Origin: Dehalococcoidia bacterium
Lineage (GTDB): Bacteria > Chloroflexota > Dehalococcoidia > Plut-88900
Direction of reading: 5' to 3'
Length of the DNA stretch: 64,000 nt
NCBI GenBank assembly: GCA_965249275.1
Contig: CBDFLQ010000007.1
Coordinates: 608,001-672,000 of the forward strand
Each line of letters begins with the position of its first letter. The stretch's first letter is position 1. Of this stretch, positions 56,548-64,000 are shown piece after piece. The position numbers were made by a program, and so were the translations under genes. Under the pieces are notes generated by a model, which was not told where the DNA came from, ran no database searches, and saw nothing but the letters and a program-made list of their open reading frames with translations.

Positions 56548-57585
56548 CTACAGGTAACCCTCCAGAAGCTCCCTCGACGATTTCTTGTTCAGCTTGGCTA
56601 CTGCGCCGCTTTGGATCTGCCGCACCCGCTCTCGGGTAACGCCTAACACCTCCCCGATGTCCTTCAGGGTGTGCTCTCTTCCGTCCTTCAATCCGAACCT
56701 CATCTCCAGCACTTCACGCTCCCGAGGGTTGAGCTCGTCTAGCATCAAGTCCAGGTGTCCTCTGAGCAGTGACAGGGAAAGGGTTTCATCGGGCGAGGGA
56801 GCGTCATGGTCTGTCAACGTGCTGCCCAGAAGCAGCCCCGCGCTCCCCTGAGGCTGGTCCAGCGACGCCGGCTGCTGCCACGCCCTCATGATTCGCTTGA
56901 TCTTGTTGGGGTCTATCCCCGTTGCCTCGGCTACCTCTTCTCCCTGGGGCCGTCTGCCCAACTCCTGGGTTAGGGCTTGAGTAGCCTTCTCCACCTTTGA
57001 TGCAGTCTCGCTCAAGTGCACCGGCAGCCGGATCGTGTGGCCCTTGTCCGTCAGGGCTCTCATAACACCTTGCCGGATCCACCAGGTCGCATAGGTGCTG
57101 AACCGGAACCCTCGCCGGTAGTCGTATTTGTCGACGGCCCTGATCAGTCCCAGGTTTCCTTCCTGAATCAGGTCCAGTAGAGGCAAACCTTTGCCCTGGT
57201 ACTTCTTGGCGATGCTAACAACCAGTCTGAGGTTCGACTCGGTCATCCGACGCCGCGACGACGCCCCAACCTGTACCGCCTGCTCCAAAGACAGGCGACC
57301 GTCCACGTCTGAGCCTCCACCCTCCAGTTTCGCCTTAGCTTCCGCTCCGAATTCGATAGCCCTTGCCAGCGATTTCTCCTCCTCGAAGGTCAACAAGGCC
57401 GAGGCGCCTATCTCTCTCAGATAAGCTTTCAGCGGTTCGTCTACCAGTTCCTGCTGGACATACCTGTCGTCCTCCTCCTCGACAACCGCTGACTTTATGG
57501 CAACGACTGTTTCTTCCTCTTCGTCCAGGCTTTCCAATACCGAATCTATGTTGTATGTTTGAGTCTCCATCTCCTGCCCCACCAA
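56548..57585 (-). CDS. Sigma-70 family RNA polymerase sigma factor (RpoD/RpoS-like, short N-terminus)
   Basis: AYLREIG, NLRLVVSIAKKY, DLIQEGNLGL, FSTYATWWIRQ, IRLPVH, GVTRERVRQI. Confidence 0.93.
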   Translation of the reverse strand: MVGQEMETQTYNIDSVLESLDEEEETVVAIKSAVVEEEDDRYVQQELVDEPLKAYLREIGASALLTFEEEKSLARAIEFGAEAKAKLEGGGSDVDGRLSLEQAVQVGASSRRRMTESNLRLVVSIAKKYQGKGLPLLDLIQEGNLGLIRAVDKYDYRRGFRFSTYATWWIRQGVMRALTDKGHTIRLPVHLSETASKVEKATQALTQELGRRPQGEEVAEATGIDPNKIKRIMRAWQQPASLDQPQGSAGLLLGSTLTDHDAPSPDETLSLSLLRGHLDLMLDELNPREREVLEMRFGLKDGREHTLKDIGEVLGVTRERVRQIQSGAVAKLNKKSSRELLEGYL

Positions 57586-57652
57586 TCTTCTTTCCTTTTC
57601 CTTTCTATAACTGTCTAATATCTATAACGATTTAACGTGTCTTTCGTTGCTT

Positions 57653-57681
57653 AGAATACGAGAATCAAGGCTATTTGTCAA
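57653..57681 (-). promoter_or_regulatory. Sigma-70 promoter of the sigma factor gene with AT-rich UP-like region
   Basis: Minus strand TTGACA-17 bp-TATTCT, preceded by an AT-rich tract (57682-57712). Confidence 0.7.
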
Positions 57682-57774
57682 TTAAATCATATAAAAATAG
57701 TAAAATCTAATGTTGCTGTTCCCGCGTAGGCCCGCAAACTTGATGCATTAGAATTCGGCCCCGTCTCCCTTACG

Positions 57775-58713
57775 CTACGCTCCGGTCGGCACCTTGCTAA
57801 AGGTGGACATTTGACGGACCTGCCTACGCTCTCTCGCCGCTACGGTTGCGGCTTTCAATGTGTTGACCAGGAGCATTGCCACAGTCATGGGTCCCACTCC
57901 ACCGGGGGCCGGGCTGATGACGCTGGCAAGATCCCTTACTCCTTCGAAGTCGACGTCCCCCACCAGGCGGTAACCCTTCTCACTCAAAGGGTCCTCCATG
58001 CGGTGGATACCGACGTCTATGACCACTGCTCCCGGCTTCACCATGTCGGCCCTGATTCCCTTGGGCTTGTCTATGGCGGCCACAAGGATATCGGCCTGCC
58101 TCGTAAGTTCGGACAGGTGTCTCGTCCCCGTGTGGGCCACGGTGACCGTCGCATTGGCTCCCGAGTGCTTCTGCATCAGTAGAGCCGCCAACGGTCTCCC
58201 GACTATCATGCTCCTCCCGCAGATCACTACGTGCTTCCCATCAGTTGTTATCCCCGACTCCAGCAACATACGTTGTATACCGGCCGGGGTGCACGGCACG
58301 AAACGAGGCGCACCTATTAGCAGAAGTCCCACGTTGCCAGGGTGAAGACCGTCCACGTCTTTTGTAGGAGCAACGGCACTTGCCACAATCAAAGAGTCGA
58401 CGTGGTCCGGCAGCGGCAGCTGCACCAGGATACCGTGCACCGAGTCGTCTTCGTTCAGCCCTTTTACCAAATCTATAACATCATCCTGCGTGGCATCCGC
58501 CCCGAGACGCAGGGTCTGAGTGTCGATACCCACGGCCCGGGCCGCACGCTCTTTTGTCCTTACGTATACGTCCGAGGCCGGATCGTTCCCGACCATAACC
58601 ACTGCCAGGTTGGGGACTATACCCGTCTCCTGTCGCAGATGCCCGACTTCCAGCCAGACCTCATCCCTGACAATTGCAGCAATCCTTCTTCCGTCTATAA
58701 TCTCAACAGTCAT
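57775..58713 (-). CDS. folD: Bifunctional methylenetetrahydrofolate dehydrogenase/cyclohydrolase
   Basis: GNDPASDVYV, GILVQLPLP, KDVDG, PCTP, GRSMIVGRP, PGGVGPMT; start ATG 58713. Confidence 0.96.
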   Translation of the reverse strand: MTVEIIDGRRIAAIVRDEVWLEVGHLRQETGIVPNLAVVMVGNDPASDVYVRTKERAARAVGIDTQTLRLGADATQDDVIDLVKGLNEDDSVHGILVQLPLPDHVDSLIVASAVAPTKDVDGLHPGNVGLLLIGAPRFVPCTPAGIQRMLLESGITTDGKHVVICGRSMIVGRPLAALLMQKHSGANATVTVAHTGTRHLSELTRQADILVAAIDKPKGIRADMVKPGAVVIDVGIHRMEDPLSEKGYRLVGDVDFEGVRDLASVISPAPGGVGPMTVAMLLVNTLKAATVAARERRQVRQMSTFSKVPTGA

Positions 58714-58726
58714 CTCGGCAGCGCCT

Positions 58727-58768
58727 TTGTGAAATGTGGAACATAATGCAATGTACCAAATTTCACAA
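58727..58768. promoter_or_regulatory. Pair of Rex-like operator sites between divergent folD and metF
   Basis: TTGTGAA-atgt-GGAACAT and ATGTACC-aaat-TTCACAA, each with one perfect half of TTGTGAA-N4-TTCACAA; together they form one large inverted repeat. Confidence 0.5.
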
Positions 58769-58867
58769 TGCATATCAACTACCCTGCATGACGAATTTCC
58801 CCAAGGGGTTTACTATATGCGCCACGGGAGCCGGTGCAGGCCCTGAATAATCATCGAGGACAGGCAA

Positions 58868-59773
58868 TTGACTAGTTTCCGGGATAAGCTCAATTCGAAA
58901 TCCTTTCTGGTCACCGCCGAGATGACGCCCCCCAAAGGCGTCAACATAGAGCAAAACCTGTCTCTTCTGGAATCCCTGGCGCCCGTAGACGCGGTCAACG
59001 TCACTGACCAAAACGCCTCCGTAATGAGGCTCGGCCCCTTGCCCCTCGGCAAGGTCATCCTCGACCGGGGAATCGAGCCCATCTGCCAATTCACATGCCG
59101 GGACCGCAACAGGATCGCACTCCAGTCCGACCTCCTCGGCGCTCACGTCCTCGGCATACACAACATCCTGTGCCTGACCGGCGACCCCACAGGCACCGGT
59201 GATCACCCCGATGCCAAGCCCGTCTTCGACCTCTCAGTCATCGATCTCCTCCGTGCAGCAACCCAAATGGAGTCGGGTGTCGACATGGCAGGTAACGCGC
59301 TTAACGGCGCTCCCACCTTCTGCCTCGGCGCGGCCGCCAACCCCGGCGCACCGGACGTAGACGTAGAGGTTGGCCGCATGGAACAAAAAGTCCAGGCCGG
59401 TGTCCGATTCTTTCAGACCCAGGCCGTCTACGACCCCGAGCAGTTTGCCCGCTTCATGGACAAGGCCCGCTATCTCAATGTGCCTATCCTTGCCGGAATC
59501 CTCGTCCTGCACTCGGGCCGAGCAGCCCGTTACCTCAACGCCAACGTCCCTGGAATCGAAGTGCCCCAGACTCTGATAGACGAAATGGACACCGCCGAGA
59601 ACAAGCGTGAGAAAGGAATCGAAATCGCCGCCCGGACTATTTCCGAAGTCTCCTCCCTTACCCGTGGCGTTCACCTGATGCCCATGGGTTGGGAGCGAGA
59701 TATCCCCCGTCTCATGCAACTCTCCGGCCTCACCCCACCCGAAGCCGCTCCCGGTGACGCAGGCCCCTCATAG
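58868..59773 (+). CDS. metF: Methylenetetrahydrofolate reductase
   Basis: TAEMTPPKG, NVTD, TCRDRNRIALQSDLLGA, LTGD, FFQTQAVYD. Confidence 0.9.
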   Translation: MTSFRDKLNSKSFLVTAEMTPPKGVNIEQNLSLLESLAPVDAVNVTDQNASVMRLGPLPLGKVILDRGIEPICQFTCRDRNRIALQSDLLGAHVLGIHNILCLTGDPTGTGDHPDAKPVFDLSVIDLLRAATQMESGVDMAGNALNGAPTFCLGAAANPGAPDVDVEVGRMEQKVQAGVRFFQTQAVYDPEQFARFMDKARYLNVPILAGILVLHSGRAARYLNANVPGIEVPQTLIDEMDTAENKREKGIEIAARTISEVSSLTRGVHLMPMGWERDIPRLMQLSGLTPPEAAPGDAGPS

Positions 59774-59811
59774 TGCCACCTCTCTCCCGAGTCCCCATAG
59801 CTCCCTTCCTA

Positions 59812-61059
59812 ATGCTCCGCAACATGGAGGGCTGGAAACGACAGGTGGCCCTGGTCTGTTTAGCCCAGGGTGTCGCCTCCATAGGCTGGTCCTTCATGCA
59901 GCCCTTCTATCCCCTCTTCATCGAGCAGGAGCTTGGCGTCGAGTCCGGGGCAGACGCAGCTTTCTGGGCAGGCGCCTCTTCCGGCGTTTTCGCTCTTTTC
60001 ATGGGCATCGCCGGTCCCTTCTGGGGCCACTTGGCCGACACCTACGGCCGAAAGCCCATGCTGGTGCGCGCCTACACTGCCGGTACCCTTGTACTCATGT
60101 TCTCCGGCCTCATCACCAACATCCCCCAGCTCATCGGTGTGCGAATCTTGCACGGAGGCGTCTCCGGCAGCGTTGGTGCGGCAATGGCCCTGGCCGGCTC
60201 CTACGTCCCCAGCAACCGCCTTCCCCTGGTAGTTGGCCTTCTCCAGTTCACCAGCTACTTCTCGATCACAATTTCACCGTTTATCGGCAGCCAGCTGGTT
60301 GATGCCTTCGGATTTAGGACCACCTACTTCATATCCTCCGGGTTCACCGCCGCCGCCGGTCTCATGATTCTGTTCTTCATCAAGGAGTCCTTCCAGAGGT
60401 CCCCCGACAAAAAAGGGTCCCCCCTCGCCATTTTCTCCGAGACCCGTCAGGTCCTCGCCACAAAAGGCCTGCTTCCCGCTCTCCTTTTCGTCCCCATCAT
60501 CCAGGGCGCCCCGACCGTCCTTCAACCAGTGGCCCCGGGCTTCATCCAGTCGATCACAGACGCCAACCGGGCCATCCTGGACACGGGTCTTGCATTCGGC
60601 GTTCTCGGGTTCGCCTCTGGAGTCAGTGCCATATTCGTTGGAAGGATGGCCGGCAAGTTAAACCTCCGCACTGTTCTAATCATCTCCTGCCTCGGCGCTT
60701 CCCTTGCCCTCCTGCCCCAGTTCTTCAACCACCGGTTTGATGTCTTCGTTCTGCTCTTCGCGCTGTCCGGCCTGTTCAATGGCGCTATGATGACTTCACT
60801 CAGTTCAATCGTCGGTTTGATGCTCCCGAGAAAACACCTTGGCGCGGCCTTTGGCATCCTGAACTCCGCATCCGCAATGGCCTGGGGCCTGGGCCCCTTG
60901 ACCGGAGGCGCGCTCGCCTGGAGCATTGGCCATCGGCGCGTCTTTCTCGTTGAGTCAGTAGTTCTGGCCGTGGCAGCCACGTCCCTGGCCGGTATCTTCA
61001 AGGGAATCCGAGCCCCCGCCCCCAACCCACTGCCAACCACAGAGCCCGCCGAGGCCTGA
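59812..61059 (+). CDS. MFS transporter, DHA1 (MdtG-like)
   Basis: PFWGHLADTYGRKPML motif; about 12 TM segments; start uncertain (59773/59812/59824). Confidence 0.88.
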   Translation: MLRNMEGWKRQVALVCLAQGVASIGWSFMQPFYPLFIEQELGVESGADAAFWAGASSGVFALFMGIAGPFWGHLADTYGRKPMLVRAYTAGTLVLMFSGLITNIPQLIGVRILHGGVSGSVGAAMALAGSYVPSNRLPLVVGLLQFTSYFSITISPFIGSQLVDAFGFRTTYFISSGFTAAAGLMILFFIKESFQRSPDKKGSPLAIFSETRQVLATKGLLPALLFVPIIQGAPTVLQPVAPGFIQSITDANRAILDTGLAFGVLGFASGVSAIFVGRMAGKLNLRTVLIISCLGASLALLPQFFNHRFDVFVLLFALSGLFNGAMMTSLSSIVGLMLPRKHLGAAFGILNSASAMAWGLGPLTGGALAWSIGHRRVFLVESVVLAVAATSLAGIFKGIRAPAPNPLPTTEPAEA

Positions 61060-61063
61060 CGCG

Positions 61064-62284
61064 TTAGCTCTTCTCTATCCCCGCTGCCCGGTCCAGCAGT
61101 ATGTGGGCCACTTCGGCCTTCGGCAGCAGTGGCAGCTCATCCAACACGCCGTCACTGCCAATTATCACCACCCGGTTCGTGTCCGACCCAAACCCACTTC
61201 CCTCGTCAGTGATGTTGTTGGCAACCATCAGGTCGACGCCCTTTCTGTGCATCTTTTTTCGGGCGTTGGTCACTAGGTCCTGACTCTCCGCCGCAAACCC
61301 CACCTTCACCAGCCTCTGCCCGGAGGCCTCAGCCAGTATGTCCGCCGTCTCCCGCAGCTCCAGCGTCATCCCCCCACCCGACTTCTTTATCTTGTGTTCC
61401 GCCTCCGTTGCTGGCCGGAAGTCGGCTACCGCCGCCGCCATTACCAGGATGTCGGCCCCCGGGGCCCGGCCTACCACTTCCTTACGCATCTCCTCCGCCG
61501 TGTCCGCTCGAACGAACTCGACGCCGTAGGGCGCCCTCAGAGATGTCTGCGTCGAGACCAATGTCACGTTCGCTCCCCGGTCCCGCGCCGCCTCAGCTAT
61601 CGCGTACCCCATCTTCCCCGATGACCGGTTCCCGATATGACGCACCGGGTCAATCGGTTCCTGGGTCCCTCCCGCCGTCACCACCACCAACTTGCCCGCC
61701 AAGTCTCCCTCTCTGCCCAAAACCTGTTTCAGGCCACCGATGATGTCCTCCACAACGGCCAACCGCCCCCGACCCACCAGCCCCGATGCCAATCTCCCCT
61801 CCCCCGGCCCAATCACCATCCACCCTCGCCCAACCAACTTTGAAACGTTCTCCTGCGTGGCCGGATTTTCGAACATGTACCCGTCCATCGCCGGGGCCAG
61901 AACCACAGGCCTCCGGGTTGCGAGAAGCATACAGGTAAGCAGGTCGTCGGCCAGCCCGTTCGCTGCCTTGGCCATGACGTTAGCCGTAGCCGGCGCTACC
62001 ACTATAGCGTCGCAGTTTTCCGCCAATGCTACGTGCTCTATCCCCGCGTCCGAGGCCGGGTCAAAAAGTTGGTGCAGCACGGGCCTGTGCGTCAGGCTCC
62101 GAAACGTGAGCGGCGTAACGAAGTTCATCGCCCCCTCGCTCATCACCACGTCCACCAATGCGCCCTGCTGGACCAGTTTGCTGGTCAGGTCCGCCGCCTT
62201 GTAAGCCGCGATGCTTCCCGTAACCCCCAGAACTATCCGCTTCCCCTTCAGCCCCCTGCCCCCGACTTTGCTCTCTTCGCTCAT
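61064..62284 (-). CDS. coaBC: Phosphopantothenoylcysteine decarboxylase/ligase
   Basis: GVTGSIAAYKA, APATAN, TAGGTQEPIDPVRHIGNRSSGKMG, AAAVADFRP, VGFAAE. Confidence 0.96.
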   Translation of the reverse strand: MSEESKVGGRGLKGKRIVLGVTGSIAAYKAADLTSKLVQQGALVDVVMSEGAMNFVTPLTFRSLTHRPVLHQLFDPASDAGIEHVALAENCDAIVVAPATANVMAKAANGLADDLLTCMLLATRRPVVLAPAMDGYMFENPATQENVSKLVGRGWMVIGPGEGRLASGLVGRGRLAVVEDIIGGLKQVLGREGDLAGKLVVVTAGGTQEPIDPVRHIGNRSSGKMGYAIAEAARDRGANVTLVSTQTSLRAPYGVEFVRADTAEEMRKEVVGRAPGADILVMAAAVADFRPATEAEHKIKKSGGGMTLELRETADILAEASGQRLVKVGFAAESQDLVTNARKKMHRKGVDLMVANNITDEGSGFGSDTNRVVIIGSDGVLDELPLLPKAEVAHILLDRAAGIEKS

Positions 62285-63048
62285 CGTGGGTTCATCTCGT
62301 GGATCAGTTTTAGCCCTTCCATGGTCAAGTCCGGGTCCACCGCATCCAGAACGTCAGTCTCACTGGCAATCGTCCCTGCCAGCCCTCCCGTCGCCACCAC
62401 TTTCACACCCGGCCCCATTTCCTTCTTGAATCGTGCAACAAGCCCCTCTATAAGACCCACATACCCAAATATCAATCCCGACTGCATGCTCGCCGCCGGA
62501 GTGCGTCCTATCGCCTCCTGAGGCGCTGTAAGCTCCACCCTGGTAAGCTTCGATGCCCTCGCCACGAGGGCATCCGCCGCAACCCCCACTCCCGGAGCTA
62601 TCGCCCCACCTAAGTACTCACCATCCTTGGATACCGCGTCGAACACCGTCGCCGTGCCAAGGTCCACCACTATCACCGGCCCCCCATATTTTTGATAGGC
62701 CGCTACGGCATCGGCCACCCGGTCCGCGCCCACATCCCTCGGGTTTTCGTACAGTATCCTCATCCCCGTTTTCACCCCCGTCCCAACAACCAACGGCTTC
62801 AACCCGAAGTGGCTCTGGCAAAACTCCTCAAACACGCCGGTCAGCGGAGGCACTACGCTGCAGACAACTATCTCCGTGATCGTCGACTCCCGCATTCCAC
62901 GATTCTGCAACAACCCGTTGAACAGCACCGCATACTCATCGGCCTGCTTGTTCACGTCCGTCGAGATCCGCCACGTCGCGACCAACAACTCCCCGTCGTA
63001 CACACCGAGCGTTATGTTCGTGTTCCCGATGTCGATAGCTAGAAGCAT
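62281..63048 (-). CDS. coaX: Type III pantothenate kinase
   Basis: LAIDIGNTN, GADR, VDLGTAT, GGAIAPG, ATGG. Confidence 0.96.
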   Translation of the reverse strand: MLLAIDIGNTNITLGVYDGELLVATWRISTDVNKQADEYAVLFNGLLQNRGMRESTITEIVVCSVVPPLTGVFEEFCQSHFGLKPLVVGTGVKTGMRILYENPRDVGADRVADAVAAYQKYGGPVIVVDLGTATVFDAVSKDGEYLGGAIAPGVGVAADALVARASKLTRVELTAPQEAIGRTPAASMQSGLIFGYVGLIEGLVARFKKEMGPGVKVVATGGLAGTIASETDVLDAVDPDLTMEGLKLIHEMNPR

Positions 63049-63059
63049 ATAGACCCAGC

Positions 63060-63458
63060 TTAGTTCGGCTTTACTGGCACGAGTGCAATCCCGTCCACGT
63101 ATTCAAAATGTCTGTCGGCAGAAACCAGGTCAGCCCCCGTTTCCAAGGAGTGAGCAGCTATCCACATGTCGTTCGTCGGAATCGGCCTACCCTTCGCCCT
63201 TTGAGATGCAGCTATTCTGGAATATCTGTCCGCCGTCGTCATGCTTATGCTCAGTAATGTGACGTTCGGCGATTTAAGAAACGAGCGCAGAGTGTCCAAA
63301 TTACGCTCGAAGTGTCGCCCAAGCCGATAACCAAACAATAGCTCTCCCGCTACAATGGGGGAGAATAGAACTTTTTCAGCCTCGCGTGCTAGGTCCGCCA
63401 CTTGCTGATGTCCGCGTACGAGCTTCGAATAGGCATTCGTATCCAGCAAGATTTTCAT
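63060..63458 (-). CDS. VapC-family PIN-domain toxin
   Basis: ILLDTNAYS, GELLFG, PIPTNDMWIAA, ADRHF. Confidence 0.92.
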   Translation of the reverse strand: MKILLDTNAYSKLVRGHQQVADLAREAEKVLFSPIVAGELLFGYRLGRHFERNLDTLRSFLKSPNVTLLSISMTTADRYSRIAASQRAKGRPIPTNDMWIAAHSLETGADLVSADRHFEYVDGIALVPVKPN

Positions 63459-63721
63459 CGCCACATCGACTCATCGATTTTCTCGAATTCCTCTTCTATC
63501 ACAGTCTCCAGTTCATCCGCCTCTTCCCGGCTCATTGAACCAATGAACCAATCCAGAGAAGACCCCACCTTACTCCCCCCTTCTTTTCCATCCATCATCC
63601 CCGCCCCCTTCTTAAGAAGCTTCACCGCCGCCCGATTCAGGGAAATGCCTTCTCGCTCCGCTAGTTGGCGAATGGTCTCATTAAGCTCATCATCGAATCC
63701 CCTAATCGTCAATTGGTTCAT
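63455..63721 (-). CDS. Ribbon-helix-helix antitoxin (FitA/VapB-like)
   Basis: MNQLTIRGFDDEL...AEREGISLN, acidic C-terminus, ATGA overlap with the toxin. Confidence 0.85.
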   Translation of the reverse strand: MNQLTIRGFDDELNETIRQLAEREGISLNRAAVKLLKKGAGMMDGKEGGSKVGSSLDWFIGSMSREEADELETVIEEEFEKIDESMWR

Positions 63722-63737
63722 ACTTCACCACCCTGCC

Positions 63738-63765
63738 GAGTCAATGTATGAGTCATTATGACCCA
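63738..63765. promoter_or_regulatory. Probable autoregulatory operator of the TA module
   Basis: GAGTCA direct repeat and TGAGTCA-TTA-TGACCCA palindrome just upstream of the antitoxin. Confidence 0.45.
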
Positions 63766-63810
63766 ACCAATGCCTCATATCAACTCTGCAATGCCGGGCA
63801 CCCCTCACCC

Positions 63811-64000
63811 TCACCCCACCCCTCGTATCGCCCTCGGCAACAGAGGCAACAGGTCGCTCGCCAACAACCCCGCCTCCCCGACCTCCTCCCGACCCATCTC
63901 TCCCGCCAACCCGTGCAGATATACACCCGCCATTGCCGCCTCCCATGCCCCGAGCCCTTGCGCCAGGAGTCCCGCAATAGTCCCCGCCAGCACGTCGCCC
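63811..64000 (-). CDS. NAD(P)H-hydrate dehydratase (YjeF/Nnr) C-terminus, partial
   Basis: GDVLAGTIAGLLAQG...AGVYLHGLAGE...GLLASDL. Confidence 0.88.
   Translation of the reverse strand, partial: GDVLAGTIAGLLAQGLGAWEAAMAGVYLHGLAGEMGREEVGEAGLLASDLLPLLPRAIRGVG

Overview
GC-rich bacterial chromosome segment. Its gene content points to Chloroflexota, class Dehalococcoidia, probably SAR202-like (an inference from content, not a database result). The evidence is 4 luciferase-like (LLM) oxidoreductases, 4 amidohydrolase_2 genes, 3 ThDP enzyme systems, several CoA-transferases and crotonases, 4 MFS transporters and a long PurN-like formyltransferase. The first ~40 kb is an accessory catabolic region. 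The rest is mostly housekeeping: tRNA-Ser(GGA), dprA-topA-xerC-aroQ-pepP-efp, clpX-clpP-tig, aspS, a sigma-70 factor, folD/metF, coaBC-coaX and a vapBC-like module. No CRISPR array, transposase, integrase-prophage or rRNA is visible. The most unusual region is a 1.5-kb stretch with no credible ORF (15881-17383). It holds an island of nested REP-like palindromes, then a sigma-70 promoter overlapped by a LexA-like box and an orphan Shine-Dalgarno with no start codon. After that comes ~580 nt that folds on the + strand into a closed 5' domain followed by at least five tandem H-type pseudoknot modules, two of them a 79-80 nt duplication. This is a candidate undescribed large structured ncRNA. Other notable items: a DEAD-box helicase that seems to need a non-canonical (ATC/ATT/ATA) start, a mosaic triplication of 1110-nt amidohydrolase genes, an in-frame palindromic insertion in topA, an unannotated 46-aa basic protein, a relE remnant, an amber-interrupted DUF1330 gene and several apparently leaderless genes. 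All RNA folds and motifs were read by eye and need computational confirmation.
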